From Sedimentisphaeraceae bacterium JB056 (GTDB lineage Bacteria; Planctomycetota; Phycisphaerae; Sedimentisphaerales; Sedimentisphaeraceae), in the NCBI GenBank assembly GCA_044440125.1, contig JBITAJ010000008.1:1-64000 (forward strand): a stretch of DNA of 64,000 nucleotides, read 5' to 3'. Positions 29,161-39,671 of this stretch are shown one piece after another. A model generated the notes under the pieces. The model was not told the origin of the DNA. It did no database searches and saw only the letters and a program-made list of their open reading frames with translations. The position numbers and the translations under genes were made by a program. Within the stretch, counting starts at the first letter, position 1. Each line of letters starts with the position of its first letter.

Positions 29161-29410
29161 TAGGATACCAGAAAAAGATTTTTGAGCAAAAAATATCTTA
29201 CAAAAATTGTTTTCTCTTCTGATTTTCGATTTTTCAAAAGATAAACTTTTAGTGTTTGTTTCTGGTTAAATTGTGAAATTTGGTGTCTTTTTTGGCTTGC
29301 CGAACCCTTTTTATTGTGTATAATTCTTGTAAATTGTGTAAAGCTTGCGCTAGAGGTGCGGGTATTTTTAATTAACGTAATATTATTAACTGTTAGATTA
29401 ATAAGAGGAT

Positions 29411-30625
29411 ATGAATATGAGTGCCCCAAAAGGAAATGCGATCGTTAGCCAGTCGGGCGGCCCGACAGGTGTCATTAATGCGTCTCTTGTAGGCGTTATC
29501 GAAGCAGCACAGAAATGTGAAAATATTGATAAGATATTTGGTGCTGTACACGCTGTATCAGGTATTGTAAAGGATGAGTTTATTGATCTTACAGATCTTG
29601 ATGCCGATACTCTTAATTTAGTAGCCGGTTCACCCTCATCAGCTCTCGGTTCAAGCCGTGATAAACCTGATGTAGAATACTGTAAGAATATTATCGAAAT
29701 ATGCAAGAAACGCGGTGTTTGCTATTTCTTCTATATTGGTGGTAATGATTCTGCTAATACATGCAAGATTATCAACGAGCAGGCAGAGCTTGCGGGTTAT
29801 GAAATGCGTGCATTCCACGTGCCGAAAACAGTTGACAATGACTTGAGGACAACAGATCACTGTCCTGGCTATGGTACAGCTGCTAAATTTGTTGCCTGTG
29901 CTGTAAAAGGTGATGACCTTGATAACCGCGCTCTTCCAGGCGTTAAGATTGATGTTATCATGGGCCGTGATGCAGGTTGGCTCACAGCTGCTACAACTCT
30001 TGGTCAGGATGCAGAAGATGATGGTCCGCATCTTGTATATGTGCCGGAAGCTCCTGTTTCTATGGAAAAATTCGTAGCAGACGTAAAAGCTGTTTATGAT
30101 AAGCTTGGCCGCTGCGTAGTTGCAGTAAGTGAAGGTATTCGTGATGCTGACGGCACAACATGGGCAAAGAAGATTGCTGAGAATGTAGAAGTTGACTCGC
30201 ACGGTAATGTACAGCTTTCAGGTTCTGGTGCTCTTGCAGACTTCCTTGCAGGTCAGGTTAAAGAGAAAACAGATATCAAGCGTGTTCGTGCAGATACGTT
30301 CGGCTATCTTCAGAGATCATTTGCTGGTCTTCAGAGTGAAAGCGATGTTGCCGAAGCTCGTGAGACGGGTCGTAAGGCTGTTGAGTTCTCACAGGAGTTC
30401 ACAAGCGGTTCAGCTATCATGAAGCGTGTTGGTGAAGGTGATAACTATAAGATTGAGTTCGAAAGAACTGAGCTTAAGAATGTTGCTGAATTCACAAAGG
30501 ATCTTCCAGAAGAATACATCAATGAAACCGGCAACGGTATCACACAGGCATTCAAAGATTACGCAATGCCTCTTTGCGGTTCTCTGCCTAAGACAACTTA
30601 TCTTGGCACAAGACCAAAGGTATAA
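29411..30625 (+). CDS. 6-phosphofructokinase, probably PPi-dependent
   Basis: QSGGPT, GGNDS (Asp at the PPi-determining position), PKTVDND, MGRDAGW. Confidence 0.9.
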   Translation: MNMSAPKGNAIVSQSGGPTGVINASLVGVIEAAQKCENIDKIFGAVHAVSGIVKDEFIDLTDLDADTLNLVAGSPSSALGSSRDKPDVEYCKNIIEICKKRGVCYFFYIGGNDSANTCKIINEQAELAGYEMRAFHVPKTVDNDLRTTDHCPGYGTAAKFVACAVKGDDLDNRALPGVKIDVIMGRDAGWLTAATTLGQDAEDDGPHLVYVPEAPVSMEKFVADVKAVYDKLGRCVVAVSEGIRDADGTTWAKKIAENVEVDSHGNVQLSGSGALADFLAGQVKEKTDIKRVRADTFGYLQRSFAGLQSESDVAEARETGRKAVEFSQEFTSGSAIMKRVGEGDNYKIEFERTELKNVAEFTKDLPEEYINETGNGITQAFKDYAMPLCGSLPKTTYLGTRPKV

Positions 30626-30675
30626 TCTTGAATCTGTTACTCAGTAAATTGGGAAACAGTAGATATAGATAACAG

Positions 30676-30713
30676 AACGCAGCTGACGGATTGATCGTCA
30701 GTTGCGTTTTTTT
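30676..30713 (+). terminator. Intrinsic terminator after the PFK gene
   Basis: AACGCAGCTGACG-loop-CGTCAGTTGCGTT followed by a T-run. Confidence 0.85.
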
Positions 30714-30877
30714 ATGCTTGATTTTGACTTTAATTTTGCGATAATTCGAACCTGTTTACACTTATTTGCGTAGATTTAACTTTATGAGATTTTTAGTGGA
30801 ATCATTAAAGTCTCTACGCAGAAAGAGTTATCGTTAGAGTAATTAACAACTTAATCAAGTATTATGGGGGCCTAAAA

Positions 30878-31867
30878 ATGGCTTTTGACATTGAGGAAAT
30901 AAGCAAAAAAGTTGAAGAGAAAAGCAGTTTTTTAAGTACTCTATTTGGCGAACTTGACAGATTGGTTGTAGGGCAGAGATATATGCTTGAGAGAATGGTT
31001 ATAGCTATACTCTCTGACGGGCATATACTGCTTGAAGGTGTTCCCGGACTGGCAAAAACGCTTGCTGTCAATTCTTTATCGCAAGCTATAAAGGCTGATT
31101 TCAACCGTATTCAGTTTACACCAGATCTATTACCTGCTGATTTGACTGGTACACAGATATTTCGCCAGAGCGATGGTCAGTTCTATACCCGAAAAGGTCC
31201 GGTTTTTGCCAATATCATACTTGCCGATGAGATAAACCGAGCTCCGGCTAAGGTTCAGAGTGCATTGCTTGAGTCCATGCAGGAAAAGCAGGTTACTATC
31301 GGCGAGACGACTTTCGAACTTCCAAAGCCGTTCCTTGTTCTCGCTACTCAGAACCCTATAGAGCAGGAAGGCACCTATCCATTGCCCGAAGCGCAGCTCG
31401 ACAGGTTTATGCTTAAAATAAAGATAGATTATCCGACAAAGAGCGAAGAGAGGCAGATACTTGAACGATTCGCAAGCTCAGAACCTGCTCCCTCAATAAA
31501 CGCTGTTATATCCACTCAGGATATTGTTGATGCACGCGAGCTCGTTAAAATGATTTATATCGATGACAAGATCAAGGATTATATTGTCGATCTTGTGTTT
31601 GCTACAAGAAATCCCGATGAATACGGGCTTGATATAGCAAGTCTTGTGAACTTCGGTGCTTCTCCGCGTGCAACTATAGCTCTTTCCGTAGCCGCTAAGG
31701 CCCATGCATTCATTAAAGGACGCGGTTATGTGACTCCACAGGATGTCAAAAGCATTGGAATGGATGTTCTGAGGCATAGAGTCATAGTCAGCTATGAGGC
31801 AGAAGCGCAGGAAATGACGAGCGAAGATGTGATTCAGAAGATTTTTGACAACATCGAAGTGCCGTAG
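30878..31867 (+). CDS. moxR: MoxR-family AAA+ ATPase
   Basis: GVPGLAKT, RIQFTPDLLPAD, DEINRAPAKVQSALLE, TQNPIEQEGTYPLPEAQLDRF. Confidence 0.95.
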   Translation: MAFDIEEISKKVEEKSSFLSTLFGELDRLVVGQRYMLERMVIAILSDGHILLEGVPGLAKTLAVNSLSQAIKADFNRIQFTPDLLPADLTGTQIFRQSDGQFYTRKGPVFANIILADEINRAPAKVQSALLESMQEKQVTIGETTFELPKPFLVLATQNPIEQEGTYPLPEAQLDRFMLKIKIDYPTKSEERQILERFASSEPAPSINAVISTQDIVDARELVKMIYIDDKIKDYIVDLVFATRNPDEYGLDIASLVNFGASPRATIALSVAAKAHAFIKGRGYVTPQDVKSIGMDVLRHRVIVSYEAEAQEMTSEDVIQKIFDNIEVP

Positions 31868-31899
31868 TATGTATCGCAATCCGAACCTTTACAGGGAGA

Positions 31900-32784
31900 T
31901 TGACCGTGCTTGACAAGGAATTGCTGGCAAAGATCAAACAATTGCAAATATACACTTCTCATGCTGTGAGCGCAAGTTTCGCAGGCCAGTATGAGAGCGT
32001 CTTCAAAGGCCGCGGTATGCAGTTTGAAGACGTTCGCGAGTATGTTGCAGGCGATGATGTACGTGATATTGACTGGAATGTTACAGCACGTGAAGGTAAG
32101 GCGTACGTGAAGCGTTTTGTCGAAGAGCGTGAAATGACTGTTATACTGGCAGTCGATATGAGCGGCTCTGAGAATTTTGGTACTTCAGGCAAATTCAAAA
32201 AAGAACTTGCGGCTGAACTTTGTGCGGTACTTGCCTTTGCGGCGAGCCGTAATAATGATAAGGTAGGGCTCTTGATTTTTACAAATAAGATTGAATTGTT
32301 CGTACCTCCGAAAAAAGGAGACAAACACGTTCTACGAATAATCCGGGAGCTTCTTGGTTTTGAAGAGAAAGGTATTGCAACTGATATCCCTCAGGCTCTC
32401 GATTATATAGCAAGGATAACCAATAAGCGAGCTACGATATTTGTTGTATCGGACTTCATCTCAGATAAAGATTTTTTAAAGCCAATGAAACTTTTGAAGA
32501 GACGTAATGACGTAGTTGCAGTTACCGTAAGAGATACAAGCGAAACTAATCTTCCTTCTTGCGGCATAGTGGAGTTCAAGGACCCTGAAAGCGGTGAATT
32601 GTTTTGCATAGACTGTTCTAACAAGAAAACGAGGCGGCAATTCGAACTTATGAATGCGAATAGATTTGCCGCGTTGAATGATTCATTTAAGTCTTCCAAA
32701 ATAGATTGCATTGATGTCGTTACCGATCAACCTTACATACATACTCTAATTAAGTTTTTCAACCTGAGGCGTAAGAGACGATGA
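31900..32784 (+). CDS. DUF58 family protein
   Basis: VREYVAGDDVRDIDWNVTAR, EERE, DMSGS. Confidence 0.92.
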   Translation: MTVLDKELLAKIKQLQIYTSHAVSASFAGQYESVFKGRGMQFEDVREYVAGDDVRDIDWNVTAREGKAYVKRFVEEREMTVILAVDMSGSENFGTSGKFKKELAAELCAVLAFAASRNNDKVGLLIFTNKIELFVPPKKGDKHVLRIIRELLGFEEKGIATDIPQALDYIARITNKRATIFVVSDFISDKDFLKPMKLLKRRNDVVAVTVRDTSETNLPSCGIVEFKDPESGELFCIDCSNKKTRRQFELMNANRFAALNDSFKSSKIDCIDVVTDQPYIHTLIKFFNLRRKRR

Positions 32785-33776
32785 GTAATCAGTGTAAAAT
32801 GTCTACAACAATATTTCTCGCAGTATTGATATCCATAAGCTGCATGGGAGTAACACTTACCGGTTCTGATGATACGGTGAAAGCAACTGCCACTGCAGAA
32901 AAGACTGACATAAACTTTTCGGAAAACGTAATTGTTACAATCAACTATGAGCCGCAGGATATAAGAGATGCTTCGATATCATTAACAGATGAAGCTCTTG
33001 ATGTCAATATTATTGATGAGGCTGCGGGATATCTAAAAGCGGTTATAGTACCGTCAAGACCCGGTGAATTCGAAACTCTCTTGAAATTTGAATATAAGGA
33101 TAAAGACGATGTCGAGGCCGTTTTCGGTATTGGGCAGCTTAACTTAAATGTTGCTACAAATCTCACTGAAGAAGATATTAAAAACCTGCAATCAGGTGAT
33201 ATATCCTCAATTGTCGATCCAATAGCAAGAACTGAAAAAGTAGAATCAGTACCAGTGGATCCCACGATTTTAATAGCCGCTTGTATTGGAATCCTTATTC
33301 TTGCCGGTGGTTTTATTTTTGCGATGCGAAAGAAACGGAAAGTTGTTCAGGAGCAGAAAAAATACGTTGTTTTGCATAATGTTGCTTACCAACTGCTTGA
33401 TGATCTTAAATTCAAGAATCTACCTGATCTGGGAAAATTCAAGCTATATTACAGTAGTCTGAGTAATATATTGCGGTACTATATTGAATACAGATTTGAT
33501 ATTCAAGCTCCCGATATGACCACCGAAGAATTTCTTGAGCATATCAGGTATTCAGACAGTCTTGCTTCGGCTGACAGAAGCAGTATTGAAAAGTTTTTTC
33601 AGATTTGTGACATGGTGAAATTCGCTAAGTTTCAGCCGTCGACTGAACAGGCATTTGAAGCGTTAGAAAGTGTCAGGTCTTTTTTGAGTGATACGGAAGA
33701 CTATCTTTGCGTTATAGAACAATCAATTGCAGACAAGTACGCAGGAATACTGGAGGGTGACGATGACACTGTTTAG
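32781..33776 (+). CDS. Bat-operon membrane-anchored protein
   Basis: Signal peptide, single TM, LRYYIEYRF..APDMTTEEF, DMVKFAK. Confidence 0.75.
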   Translation: MSNQCKMSTTIFLAVLISISCMGVTLTGSDDTVKATATAEKTDINFSENVIVTINYEPQDIRDASISLTDEALDVNIIDEAAGYLKAVIVPSRPGEFETLLKFEYKDKDDVEAVFGIGQLNLNVATNLTEEDIKNLQSGDISSIVDPIARTEKVESVPVDPTILIAACIGILILAGGFIFAMRKKRKVVQEQKKYVVLHNVAYQLLDDLKFKNLPDLGKFKLYYSSLSNILRYYIEYRFDIQAPDMTTEEFLEHIRYSDSLASADRSSIEKFFQICDMVKFAKFQPSTEQAFEALESVRSFLSDTEDYLCVIEQSIADKYAGILEGDDDTV

Positions 33777-34836
33777 TAATCCGTGGGCATTTACGCTGCT
33801 GCTTATAATCCCGGTGGTCTTGCTGCTTTTAAGGTTCAAGTCAAAGGCAACTGTCCGGTTCTCATCAAGTAAGTTTTTTATGAATTGCAGTCCCGGCTGG
33901 CGAGTGAGACTCAGGCCTCTGCTGCTGATACTTCGAATAATTTGTATCATTCTGATTGTGATATCAATCGCTCGTCCGAGAAAAGGTACCAAGCTTTCGA
34001 ATGTTTCAACCGAAGGTGTTGCGATGCAGATTGTCGTTGATCGTTCCGGCAGTATGGACGAGCAGATGGCTTATAAAGGAAGGCAGCTAACTCGTTTTGA
34101 GGTTGTTAAAAATGTCTTAGAGGATTTTATAAAGGGCGATGGCGACAAGCTTAAAGGCAGAGCCGGAGACATGATAGGGCTTGTAACGTTTGCCCGTTAT
34201 CCTGACACTACGTGCCCGCTTGTGCACAGCCACGGCATATTACTCGACTTCATGAAGCAGACCGAGACGGTTAGTGAAAAATCTGAAGAGAATGCTACCG
34301 CAATAGGCGAGGCCATCTCGCTTGCGGCCGCAAGACTTGAGAAAGCCGAGCAGCAGATACTTGACAATAATCGCAAGATTGCAAATTCTTCATTAAAGGA
34401 TAAATCTAAGCCAGATTTTGATATAAAAAGCAAAGTTCTGATACTGCTTACAGACGGTATTAATAATGCTGGAGAGATGACACCCATGCAAGCCGCAGAA
34501 CTGGCGTCTGAGTGGGGTATAAAGATATATGCTATCGGTATAGGTTCTGACGGTTACAGGAGTTTTGGCGGCATGAGAATACCAATGAGGTCACAACTTG
34601 ATGAAGCCATGCTGCAAAGTATCGCACAGAAAACCGGCGGTTTTTATGCGCGAGCTGACAGTGCAGAATCTCTTAAGAAAATATATGAAAAAATTGACGA
34701 GCTTGAAGATACCAAAATAGAAGCTGTTGATTATTACGAATATGCTGAGAAATTTGAACTTTTCACGTTTGCGGCTTTAATCGTTTTGCTTTGCGAAATA
34801 GTGCTGAGCTGCACTCTATTGAGAAAAATACCTTGA
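33763..34836 (+). CDS. batA: vWA-domain protein BatA-like
   Basis: Start MTLFSNP at 33763 preferred over 33727; ARP, MIDAS DRSGSM, TAIGEA, LLTDG. Confidence 0.85.
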   Translation: MTLFSNPWAFTLLLIIPVVLLLLRFKSKATVRFSSSKFFMNCSPGWRVRLRPLLLILRIICIILIVISIARPRKGTKLSNVSTEGVAMQIVVDRSGSMDEQMAYKGRQLTRFEVVKNVLEDFIKGDGDKLKGRAGDMIGLVTFARYPDTTCPLVHSHGILLDFMKQTETVSEKSEENATAIGEAISLAAARLEKAEQQILDNNRKIANSSLKDKSKPDFDIKSKVLILLTDGINNAGEMTPMQAAELASEWGIKIYAIGIGSDGYRSFGGMRIPMRSQLDEAMLQSIAQKTGGFYARADSAESLKKIYEKIDELEDTKIEAVDYYEYAEKFELFTFAALIVLLCEIVLSCTLLRKIP

Positions 34837-34845
34837 TGGTTTATT

Positions 34846-35874
34846 ATGGTTAATGTTAACTACTTATTATTATTGTTCATGATCGCGGTTATTATTATAC
34901 CGGCGTACTGCTGGAGTTTTTATCGCAAGCGCAGGATGCTGAGAGTGTTTGCCGATTCTAAGTTTCACAAGCAGTTAAACGCGAATGTAAGCGTGACCAG
35001 GCAGTTATTCAAAGCGTTGACACTGATTGCGATATTCACGCTGCTTGTAATAGCCCTGTGCAGGCCGCGATGGAACCCAACGCTTAAAGATGTACACAGT
35101 GAAGGCAGGGATGTTGTTATATTGCTTGACGTGTCACGTTCAATGCTTGCAGAGGATATTAAACCAAATCGCCTTGAAAGAGCTAAGATAGCGATAAAGG
35201 ATTTAATTGAAAAGCTGCAAGGTGATCGTATCGGGTTGATAACTTTTGCCGGTGATGCGACTGTTAAATGTCCTCTAACGCAGGATTATGGTTTCCTCAA
35301 ACTTGTACTCTCTGAGATATCGACTAAAAGTACCGGAGTAGGCGGCACGAATCTTGGTGATGCTATCCGAAAGGCTTCTGATGACGTATTTGATAATACG
35401 CCAAAAGAATTCAAGGATATAATACTTATAACCGACGGCGATGACCAGCAGAACAGTTTGCCGGTTGAGGCATCATCGGCGGCAGGTGAAAAAGGAATCA
35501 GAATTATTGCCGTGGGGCTTGGAAATACAGATCAGGGTTCCAGGATACCAATTTACGATGATGCTGGAAATAAGACTTTTCTGACCTATGATGGGCAACA
35601 GGTTTGGACCAAGCTTGATGAGAAAACGCTCAGAAGGGCAGCTCTTGCCAGCAGAGATGGTAAGTATATACCTGTGCAAACCGGAACATTTGATCTTGGT
35701 AAGATATATGAGGGCATTGTCGCCAACTCAGAGAAACGAAAGCTTGAAGAGCAGTCAAAAATGGAATATGAGGAAAAATTTCAGATATTTCTTGCCGCTG
35801 CACTTATTCTGCTTGTCTCTGAAATGCTTATAAGTGAGAAATGCAAAGAACCTAAGAAATCAACGGTAAAATAA
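34846..35874 (+). CDS. batB: vWA-domain protein BatB-like
   Basis: DVSRSMLAEDIKPNRL, DRIGLITFAG, PLTQD, ITDG. Confidence 0.85.
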   Translation: MVNVNYLLLLFMIAVIIIPAYCWSFYRKRRMLRVFADSKFHKQLNANVSVTRQLFKALTLIAIFTLLVIALCRPRWNPTLKDVHSEGRDVVILLDVSRSMLAEDIKPNRLERAKIAIKDLIEKLQGDRIGLITFAGDATVKCPLTQDYGFLKLVLSEISTKSTGVGGTNLGDAIRKASDDVFDNTPKEFKDIILITDGDDQQNSLPVEASSAAGEKGIRIIAVGLGNTDQGSRIPIYDDAGNKTFLTYDGQQVWTKLDEKTLRRAALASRDGKYIPVQTGTFDLGKIYEGIVANSEKRKLEEQSKMEYEEKFQIFLAAALILLVSEMLISEKCKEPKKSTVK

Positions 35875-35878
35875 GACT

Positions 35879-37021
35879 ATGAGAGAGAATAAAACAGTTA
35901 AAGCAAACAGTCACAATAGCAAGCTATGCATTAAGTTCACCTTGCCTGTAATTTTGCTTCTTGTATCTGCGGCATTCGCCTCTCCAAGAGCAACGGTTGC
36001 AGAAGGCAATGAACTCTTCGCAAAGGGTGATTACGAAAACGCTCAGCTCAAATATGAACAGGCTCTTAAAATCGATCCCGATTGTGAACAGGCGATGTAC
36101 AACCTTGGTGTTGCTCAAATGAAGAATGGCCAAAATGAAGAAGCTGCAGATGTTTTCATGGATCTTGCAAGTAAGACTTCTGACAAAAGGCTCCTTTCCA
36201 ATGTGCAGCGCAATATCGCGGCAATAAAACTTAAAGAAGGATTTGGTAATATAGAGCAAACACAGGGTAAGGAAGCTATAGATGAAAAGATAGACTCGCT
36301 TGATTCGGGAATTGATTATTTGAGCAGAGCCAGGCAGATCTCAGAAGAGTCAAATGATATAGACAAGGGAATTGAGGCTGCACGCCTTCAAAAAGCTGCA
36401 TTGAAACAACTTAAAAAACAGTTAGAAGAACAAGAAAAGCAACAGCAGCAAAACAAGGATGAGATGAGTGATAAACTTGATGAACTGCAAAAAGAGCAGC
36501 AAGAACTATCTGAACAGTCTAAGCAGCAATCTGAACAGCAGTCAAGCGAGGAGAACCAGCAGCAGAAAGACAGTCTTAAACAAAAACAGCAGGAACTAAG
36601 TGATGAGACCAGCCAGGCTCAACAGCAAGCTCAGGATACTTCTCAACAAGATTCTCAGATGAAGCAGGCAAATGAAAAGATGCAGGAAGCTATGGAGAAG
36701 CAAAAACAAGCTCAGAAGCAGTTGGAAGAAGGAGATTACGAAAATGCCGCAAAATCACAGGAAGAAGCGGCGGAGAAGTTGAGGGAGGCCAGAGAAAGCC
36801 TGAATAATGAGCAAGAGCAGCAAAACGAAAAAAATAAAGAGCAACAGAATTCTGAGCAAGGTGAGCAACAGCAAAAAGAGCAACCCAAAGAAGGTCAGAC
36901 TCAAGCAAATCAAGCTGAATTAGACAAGACTGCTCAGGAGATACTCGAAAAAGAGAAGGAGAACAAGAAGCAGAGGGTGCTGATACGGGCAAGACAACGA
37001 GAGGTCGAAAAAGATTGGTAG
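35879..37021 (+). CDS. batC: TPR protein BatC-like with Gln/Glu-rich coiled-coil tail
   Basis: GNELF...YNLG TPR; Q/E/K-rich region; terminal EKDW. Confidence 0.8.
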   Translation: MRENKTVKANSHNSKLCIKFTLPVILLLVSAAFASPRATVAEGNELFAKGDYENAQLKYEQALKIDPDCEQAMYNLGVAQMKNGQNEEAADVFMDLASKTSDKRLLSNVQRNIAAIKLKEGFGNIEQTQGKEAIDEKIDSLDSGIDYLSRARQISEESNDIDKGIEAARLQKAALKQLKKQLEEQEKQQQQNKDEMSDKLDELQKEQQELSEQSKQQSEQQSSEENQQQKDSLKQKQQELSDETSQAQQQAQDTSQQDSQMKQANEKMQEAMEKQKQAQKQLEEGDYENAAKSQEEAAEKLREARESLNNEQEQQNEKNKEQQNSEQGEQQQKEQPKEGQTQANQAELDKTAQEILEKEKENKKQRVLIRARQREVEKDW

Positions 37022-37047
37022 GTAATAAGGATTTGATCAGTGAAATT

Positions 37048-38853
37048 ATGAAAACTAAAACGATTATATATTTTTTATTGCTTTCAGGAATTTGGATAAC
37101 AGCTCTTGCAGATTCGGTATCTGTATACGGAAAAGTTGATGATAAGGAACCGATATATTCGGGACAGAGATTCAATTTTTATGTTGTGATTGATGGTGAT
37201 AATACTCCCGGTACTGTTGATGAGAAGCCGCTTGCTCCCTTTTCCCCTCAAGGGCCTCAGGTGCGGGATGTATCACAAAGCTCCGTTGTTACTATCAACG
37301 GCAAGACAACTAAAAATGTTGTAAAGCGATATCTGATAAGCTACAGTCTACAAGCAGGCACTGAGGGCAACTATGTGATACCACCTCTTACCGTTACTGT
37401 TGGTGGAGACACTTATAGGACATCACCAGTCAATTTTGCGGTTCAGAAACCTGAGACAACAAATCGGATTGCAATTGAAGCTGAACTTTCAGAAGATAAA
37501 TGCTATGTTGGCCAGCCAGTTATCCTGACTGTTAAATGGTACGTCTGGAAAGATATTGCAGGTAGAGTTAGCGATTACATGTTCAATGTTCCGGTCTTTA
37601 GTGATGCAGATTTCATTATTGAGGATATTACGCCAACCTCAACACCTCCGAATAAAGCGGCCTTACAGGTAAACGGCATAGATGTTCAGGTAAATCAAAG
37701 AGCAGTCAAGTATAACGGAAACGACTGCGTTGAAGTTTCCTTCAGCAAAGTCTTAATACCTAAAATAACCGGTACGCTTTCTCTTGATAAAATCGGAGTC
37801 CTCTGCAAGATTAATATGAGCCGCAGCAGATTCGGTTTTGATAGAGAATACAAATCTTTTGGAACTGATACTGACAGGCTTACACTTGAAGTGACAGCAT
37901 TGCCTCAAGAAGATAAACCGGATGGGTTTTATGGACTAATAGGCAACTTTGATATTATGACTGAGGCGACACCAACTGACATTAAAGTCGGCGATCCAAT
38001 TACACTCAAGATATCTATTGGTGGAAATCCTTATCTCAAACCGGTGCAATGGCCAGAGCTCAGTTCCATCAAAGACTTTACTGATAATTTCATACTCCCA
38101 TCCGAACAATCAAGCCCTGAGATTGTAAACGGCAGAAAAGTCTTTACTCAAACCATACGAGCCAAGAACGATACTGTTGAGCAGATTCCTGCCGTTACAA
38201 TTTCTTTCTTTGATACAGAAAAAGGGAAATATGCGACAAGCTCAAGTAATCCGATAAATATTAATGTCTCCCCAACAAAAGTACTGACCCTTTCAGATGT
38301 TGAAAGCGGCAATAGCTTTGAATCCGGCAGGACGCTTCAGGCCGTTAAAGGCGGCATTTCGGCAAACTATGTGGGTAATGAATTACTCAAAGACATGTCT
38401 TTCTCTCCGTACAAGAAGATCATACATTTTCCCGCTGTAGTTATATGGGGCGGACCTTTGTTTATTTTCATAATCAGTTTTATCTTTAGCTTAACATCAC
38501 GGGATAAAGATATAAGAGCAGTAAGAAAACGTATGAAAAATGCAGCTAAGAAAGCCCGCTCGGCATTAAGCAAAATTGATTCTGATGGCGAAGGTGCAAA
38601 AAAGACTCTGGCTGCGGCGGTAAAGACATATTTTGCGGAAAAATTCGACAAGAGTTCCGGTTCGCTGACTTCGGAAGATTGCAGGCGCATAGTTGAAGAG
38701 AAATGTGATGATCACGAATCTGCAGGAAAAATTGCAGAAATAATAGAAAAATGTGAGACTTCAGAATATAGCCTGCTTTCTGTAGAATTTGATAGAGATT
38801 GGATAAAAGAGATTATTGCAATCATTGAAAGGATTGAAAAATGCGTTCGATGA
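37048..38853 (+). CDS. batD: BatD-family protein
   Basis: Signal peptide from MKTK (37048); repeated Ig-like units (YVGQP, VGDPITL); C-terminal TM. Confidence 0.85.
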   Translation: MKTKTIIYFLLLSGIWITALADSVSVYGKVDDKEPIYSGQRFNFYVVIDGDNTPGTVDEKPLAPFSPQGPQVRDVSQSSVVTINGKTTKNVVKRYLISYSLQAGTEGNYVIPPLTVTVGGDTYRTSPVNFAVQKPETTNRIAIEAELSEDKCYVGQPVILTVKWYVWKDIAGRVSDYMFNVPVFSDADFIIEDITPTSTPPNKAALQVNGIDVQVNQRAVKYNGNDCVEVSFSKVLIPKITGTLSLDKIGVLCKINMSRSRFGFDREYKSFGTDTDRLTLEVTALPQEDKPDGFYGLIGNFDIMTEATPTDIKVGDPITLKISIGGNPYLKPVQWPELSSIKDFTDNFILPSEQSSPEIVNGRKVFTQTIRAKNDTVEQIPAVTISFFDTEKGKYATSSSNPININVSPTKVLTLSDVESGNSFESGRTLQAVKGGISANYVGNELLKDMSFSPYKKIIHFPAVVIWGGPLFIFIISFIFSLTSRDKDIRAVRKRMKNAAKKARSALSKIDSDGEGAKKTLAAAVKTYFAEKFDKSSGSLTSEDCRRIVEEKCDDHESAGKIAEIIEKCETSEYSLLSVEFDRDWIKEIIAIIERIEKCVR

Positions 38854-39653
38854 TATTTTATAGATTATTACCAGCTATATTGTTTTTCAGTACGATTGTG
38901 CTTTCTGCTGAGAATGATAGCAAAATAGAAAGTCATGATTTACTTGCTCATGCTAACAAGATATTTTCAGAAGCAAACGATACCCAGAAACCTGAAAGCA
39001 TTTCGCTATACCTGAAAGCGGCTTCATTGTATGAAAAAGTTGCCCAAAAAGCAGGAATCAACAATGCCAAGCTGTATTACAATATAGGCAACTGTTATCT
39101 GCTTGCAGATAATATTGGAATGGCTATATACAATTACAAAAAGTCGGAACGTATTGATTCGACTGATCCGCTTTTACAAAAAAATCTTGCAGTCGCAAGA
39201 AGTAAACGCCTTGACAGGGTAGAAGTTGAAATAGAAAGAAAAGTCTTGTCTACAATCTTTTTCTGGCATTATGACTTTTCTACAAAAGTACGGTTTTATC
39301 TGGCTCTAAGCTTTTTTGCATTAATCATGCTTCTTGCAACGATAAAAGTCTTAACTCGCACTTTTGGAGGATACTGGCCACTTACAATTGTCTTAGGCTT
39401 GATGTTTTTATCGATGACAGCTTCAGTTGTTATTGAAACAGTTGATTCTAAAATACATACTGAGGGTGTAATAATCGCATCAGAACTCGTAGCAAGAAAG
39501 GGAGACAGTGAAAAGTACGAAAAGGCATTCAATGAGCCGCTTCATGAAGGAACTGAGTTTGAGCTTATAGAAAAAAGACCGGGATGGATAAGGGTAAGCC
39601 TTGTGGATGGCTCTAAGGTGTGGCTTCCTGAAGAAGGATGTCGTTTGCTTTAA
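38841..39653 (+). CDS. batE: BatE-like TPR/SH3 protein
   Basis: LYYNIGNCY TPR, two TM helices, LHEGTE...GW SH3-like tail. Confidence 0.8.
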   Translation: MRSMIFYRLLPAILFFSTIVLSAENDSKIESHDLLAHANKIFSEANDTQKPESISLYLKAASLYEKVAQKAGINNAKLYYNIGNCYLLADNIGMAIYNYKKSERIDSTDPLLQKNLAVARSKRLDRVEVEIERKVLSTIFFWHYDFSTKVRFYLALSFFALIMLLATIKVLTRTFGGYWPLTIVLGLMFLSMTASVVIETVDSKIHTEGVIIASELVARKGDSEKYEKAFNEPLHEGTEFELIEKRPGWIRVSLVDGSKVWLPEEGCRLL

Positions 39654-39671
39654 GAGATAAGGGCTTATAGT

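Noticed and set aside
29040..30647. ORFs 29040..29429, 29398..29706, 29651..30202 and similar short alternative-frame ORFs throughout the window
   Set aside because: They overlap well-supported genes in other frames or strands and lack recognisable motifs.
36400..36960. CAG/GAA-rich quasi-repeats
   Set aside because: Explained by the Gln/Glu-rich low-complexity tail normal for BatC-like proteins.
30878..39653. MoxR-vWA-TPR cluster as a novel system
   Set aside because: Matches the already described Bat-type operon organisation.
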